A DNA stretch of 62,989 nucleotides, counting the filler, from Platydemus manokwari (taxonomy: Eukaryota), in the NCBI GenBank assembly GCA_037951405.1. It is 5 parts of 5 records of this genome, joined end to end, with 100 filler letters (N's around TTAATTAATTAA, not from the genome) between each part and the next. Parts side by side here need not be neighbours in the genome. Positions count along the whole stretch, not along the records: positions 50,225 to 62,989 come from JBBMOY011972489.1; 4 more parts are not named here. One strand, given 5' to 3'. Of this stretch, positions 58,061 to 62,989 are shown one piece after another. Position 1 is the stretch's first letter; every line of letters begins with the position of its first letter. Both the position numbers and the translations under genes were made by a program. The notes beneath the pieces were generated by a model, which was given only the letters and a program-made list of their open reading frames with translations, had not been told where the DNA came from and did no database searches.

Positions 58061-61000
58061 TTTATTACAAATAATAATTATTATAATAATTGTGACATAC
58101 TGTAAATGAATTAAATTTTTAATTCTAATTTTATATAAAATCATATTTATATAAAATTAAATGTGTTTGTTTAAATATTTGTATGTAAATAGATTTTTGG
58201 TGGATTTTAAAATAGTAGCCGCTAACAATAATATTGCTATAAATTGCACTGCTGTATTTTCAATGCCTATTTAAATGAAATATTATTTTTAACCATTTGC
58301 ACGATTTAAAATGGCTGATTATCTAATCATTTATCGGAATTTTAAAATCGTCAGCTTTAATCATTTTTCAAATTATTAAAAATATGTTTGTAAATAAATT
58401 AACAATAACTAACAAAAGTTATTTCTGTCAAGGTCATCACAAATAAATATTGATTTGCTCATCAGTATTAAAAGAAATTCTGCATTCAGTCAAATAAAGT
58501 ATTTAATTTAAAAGTATCAAGTAATTTTTATATCGATTATTACACTGAGGCTAGAAAGATTTTGTCTAACAATTACAATGGGTTCAATTTCATTTCCATA
58601 TTATCATTAAGCATTTATCATTTGCCAAAATGACGAAAATGCGATTCCAATATCAAGTTACATTGCAGTGTGAAATGTTGAATTTGGCTGAATGAATTCT
58701 CTTTTGATACTACAATAATGTTGCTTAAGTACAACAATAAACCTCAAAGAATAACATAATTGGGTTTGCTTTAATTATCGTTAAGTAACAGCTCGGGGTT
58801 TTCTCAGTTTTTATCATAGTTTCTTGATCATTAGCCAAATTGGTGCAATCATGAAAATTATCTAACATGAGTTTATTAATCACCGATAACAAGACCAGTT
58901 ATCGGAAATTCCTCACCATATTTTGCTAATGGAAATTACGTGGATGTAAATAATTTACGGATCACTCATAGGGACCAAGTGATGAATCATTCAACATCGA
59001 TTATTTATTTGTAAAAGGTTGTGATTAATGTAAAATCCTGGAAAAAATTGGCTTTTTAATTTTTAAATTTTTTTTATTTTTTAAAATTTTTTCCCTATTT
59101 TTAAAATTTTTATTTATTCTATTTTCTAATTTACCATTATTTTAACATTGGCTTCAATAAAATCATCCTATACTTGTATATAGATCGAAAGCATCCTCAC
59201 TGGGACTCCAGGCCCTTTAAAATATTTTAAATTGGAATTATTATTATTATGTTTATATTTTTTTATAATTTTTTGTTGTTTTTTTTTAAACAAAAATCAA
59301 TAATTACAACATTTAAGCATCAATACTGTTATCAGTACCGCAATTAATTAAAGACGAAATTATTGAATGAAATCCATTTCAAAGAAGAAATCCTTTGGAT
59401 TGATTTAAGCGAATTTGTAAAAAATATTTGAACTATAATTCTTGACATGGAACCACATGTAACATTTATAAATTTCTGAGCTAAAAAATTACAGAATTGC
59501 CTCTAGAAAAAGATGAGGTGGTCTATGATAATTAAAGCATCGCTTTCATAACAAATACGTGATATTTCTCTCTCTTACCACATTTATATAATCTATAATC
59601 TCACCTCAAAAATCAAGTTTACTGTTATTTACCTGTTATGAATTTTTAAACATGATTCGATATGATTTCTATACAATTCCCGATATAAATAATCTCTTAT
59701 TGATCAAAATCAACTTTAAAGGATTTCAATTAAAAAAATATTACAAAAAAAATCATCGACACTCATAGCCTGTAACTCTGAATTATCTTTTTCCTCTTTC
59801 TTTCATCCGAATTAAAAATGTTCGTTTCGTTTTCTGTGAATACTTTTAATTATCAAGACAATTTATTAATGTTAAAATGTGAGTGATGATAATGATGATG
59901 TTATTACTGAAATAATGAAAGATTTCTGGTAACCAGCGCAGAAAATTCCTTTTTTTCTAAAATATATTGGTCTTCGTGTATTGAAGTCTATATAAGATTT
60001 CTGATTGAGCTCTTATTAATTTATAATAATTTAATCTCAGTGTTATCGATTTAAATTGTGTTTCTAATATCTTATCAATTTCCTAAGTTAATCTTGTAAA
60101 TACCTTTTCAGAGGGTATATACAGGGCAGAGGTCACTAAATTGAATTCAAATTTCGAAAATATACACATATGATTATCATAAGGTTTATGAATTGTGATA
60201 GAAACGATAAGAGAGAATAGATTATCTATGATTAATTCTCGTCTTACTTTCACATTCCGGTGAATTGAGTTCAAAGTCTAAATGGTCGTCTGTTTCGAGG
60301 ATTTTACGACGACTATTGAGAATTATTGATCATCGAGAAGATTAAAAATAAATTATCACTTCCAAATTGCTTCTATTTCATAATCGACGATCTATCAGCT
60401 TTTATTTAATTTCGCCATAACCAATACGATGTCAGATTTATGTCAAGAAATTTGAATAACTTTCTCGACGAAAACATTTGGTATTTTTTTTAGGCGTTTT
60501 TGAAGAATTTTGGTATTGAGAAATAATTTGGAATGAAATTATTTAGATGTAATTAAAATTGACCATGTAATAATTACTTACAGAAACAATCGGTTCCCTT
60601 GCTGAGATGAAAATTAAATAAAAAATGAAATGAGAGGCCTTATGATCGAAAGCGCGGAATAAAAACAAATAAAACAAATAATACAATTTTCTCGTGGCTA
60701 AAACAAAGACAAAATCAGTACTGGTTCTGTTCTCATTGTATGAAATAATCAAAAATTAATAAAACAAATAAATAAAATATCTTAAAATTTTGGTTTCCAT
60801 GGCAAGGCAATGCCTAAAGTTAGTATTTCAAAATAATGCTAGTTCTTAGAGTAGTCAACGTATTATTTGTATTGTACTACAACAGTAGTTGTTACTGTGC
60901 ATGAAATTAGCAATAAATCGTCTATCATAAGAACTTAATAAAGAAGGAACCAGTTCAGATTTAAGGGATCAGCGAAATTAGCGGTTGCAGAAATAATTAA

Positions 61001-61489
61001 TAACTATAATTATTATTATTATGTCAATAACAGTAATAACAATAAGTAATAATGATGATAATAATAATATATAATAATAATATTAATAATGATAATAATA
61101 ATAATGATAATAATAATAAAAATAATGTTAATATTATTAATAAAAGTGGTAATAATATTTAAGTCCCATTGTCTTTACACCTACGGTATGTTCCTAATGA
61201 AGAAATGATATTTACCCAATAATAATCTTTCATTTCGAGATGGCGGTATTTTGGAATTTTTTTTTGAAATATGGATATCAAAGATTCATAGAAATCGTCT
61301 GTTTAAAATTGCAGTTTTTCATAAAAAGAAATGAGAAATCTCCCTCAAAATTCATGCTAGTAATAAATCAGTTGGTTTGTGTGGAATCCACTATATATGA
61401 TGCCAGTTTCATCGCAAATAATGATCTTAATTTCTAAGATTAATATCATAGAACAATTCAGAAGTGCGAGTTTCTTATTTAAATCATTG

Positions 61490-62055
61490 GTAGTATTCAT
61501 CACGAAATCTTACCAGGAAACCAAACAATGAATACCGAACTTTATTGTGAACAACTCAAGTGAGTAAGCACTGCAATCAAAGCGAAGAACACCAATAAGA
61601 AGTACATAATTTTACAGAATAACAATGCTCGGTCTCATGTAGTCGCAATAGCAAAGTTGGCTATTGAAGATCTTGACTGGGAAGTTCTTCCTCATCTTTC
61701 ATATTCGCCTGACTCAGCCCGACCAGATTTTCAACTTTTCTACTACATGTCGAACCATATTTTCGGTCTCACATTTGAAAACGAAGACGCAATAACAACG
61801 TGGATTGAAGAATTTTTCGACCAAAAATCACCAAGTTTCTTCAAACGTGGGATTGTTGTTTACTGCCAGAACGGTGGATGGAAATGATCGACTGTGGCGG
61901 AGAATGCCTCATCAATTGAAACTGAGATATTTGTTTTTTCTAATGATTTCATAAATTCATTTTGTTGTCTGAAATTTTTTGTATGGCTTTTATTCTTGAT
62001 CAGTATGCATTTTTTATAATTGTAAAAAACCAAACGTCCTAATGCACCAACCCAA
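61490..62055 (+). mobile_element. Mariner transposase 3' half plus right TIR (pseudogene)
   Basis: HEILPGNQTMNTELYCEQL*, IILQNNNARSH, WEVLPHLSYSPDSARPDFQLF (cf. the mariner YSPDLAP.D motif), FFKRGI..LPERW. Ends ATGCACCAACCCAA|TA. Confidence 0.92.
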
Positions 62056-62989
62056 TATTTCCGATATAAACGAAGTACATACTCTAGCACTTTAATTATG
62101 TTTTTATAATATAAATGATCAGCAAATTAGATTTTAAAACGGTTATATATTTGTACATGAAATTTAAAAAGAAAAATCTTTATGTCAGCAGCAACAAAAA
62201 ACAAATTTAAATAAATGTGCTGATATTGTTTTCGATCCCAACAAACTTCAATTCCTGTAGATATTTGTAATAGTTTTATTCGATATTCAATTGGATTAAA
62301 TTAGAAAAAGACAAAAGAAAATAATATTTAAGTAGATTATAATATCACTTAAGAAAATAATTTTTTCAGAATTTATTTAATTCTGAGATTAACATTAGGA
62401 GCTCATGAAATGGAAAATATGGAAAATGTTGTGGAAATATCAAGCATCTTAGATTTTATTTAATAGATAATTCACAAGGTAAAAATAAAATATTCGAAAA
62501 CGTTAATTAGCTATTTATTATCGGATCTCCTCGTTATGTGCAGACAAATAGATTTTTTAGAATTCCTTTACAATATAATTATGGCAACGCATCATTAATA
62601 AAAATGAAAATCTCAGATTACGTCTATGACAACTCATTGTAATACGAATATGATCGAATTAAGAGTGTCCGTTGAATTTGATATTTTAATCCAAAAGATT
62701 CCTTTGATAGATTTTGATTATTGATGTGACAAGAATTATTGTTTCAGTTTAAATTAATCGAGATTAGCAAGTTACAANNNNNNNNNNNNNNNNNNNNNNN
62801 NNNNNNNNNNNNNNNNNNNNNNNNNNNNNNNNNNNNNNNNNNNNNNNNNNNNNNNNNNNNNNNNNNNNNNNNNNNNNNNNNNNNNNNNNNNNNNNNNNNN
62901 NNNNNNNNNNNNNNNNAACATAATCATAATCACAATAATAATAATAAAAATAACAAATAAATTACAAAAGTTATTAAAAATTAATAAGC

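Overview
AT-rich eukaryotic (metazoan) genomic DNA with spliceosomal introns and the standard genetic code. The composition, (AAT)n tracts and mariner content are compatible with a flatworm/planarian-like genome, but that is inference. The window is several contigs joined by artificial N44-TTAATTAATTAA-N44 linkers, so order across those joins is unverified. Two host genes are recognisable: the 3' six exons of SEC23 (COPII coat, + strand, 13701-18343) and two spliced exons of a trypsin-family serine protease (- strand, 41991-43711). Nearly everything else is decayed mobile or duplicated DNA. This includes three mariner copies, two copies of a ~600 bp TIR element, a pogo/Tc2-type MITE, a collapsed Gypsy pol, and a Polinton/Maverick (adintovirus-like) remnant with pPolB, ATPase, PLA2 and integrase traces. 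There is also a family of ~1.05-1.3 kb LTR-like units, and an ~11 kb minus-strand array of decayed small 'cargo' ORFs (membrane proteins, a DEDDh exonuclease) interleaved with them. Five to six shredded NACHT/STAND-NTPase-like pseudogenes are spread between 24.9 and 57.7 kb. No rRNA, tRNA or CRISPR was seen. All protein-family calls are from manual translation and motif recall, not database searches.
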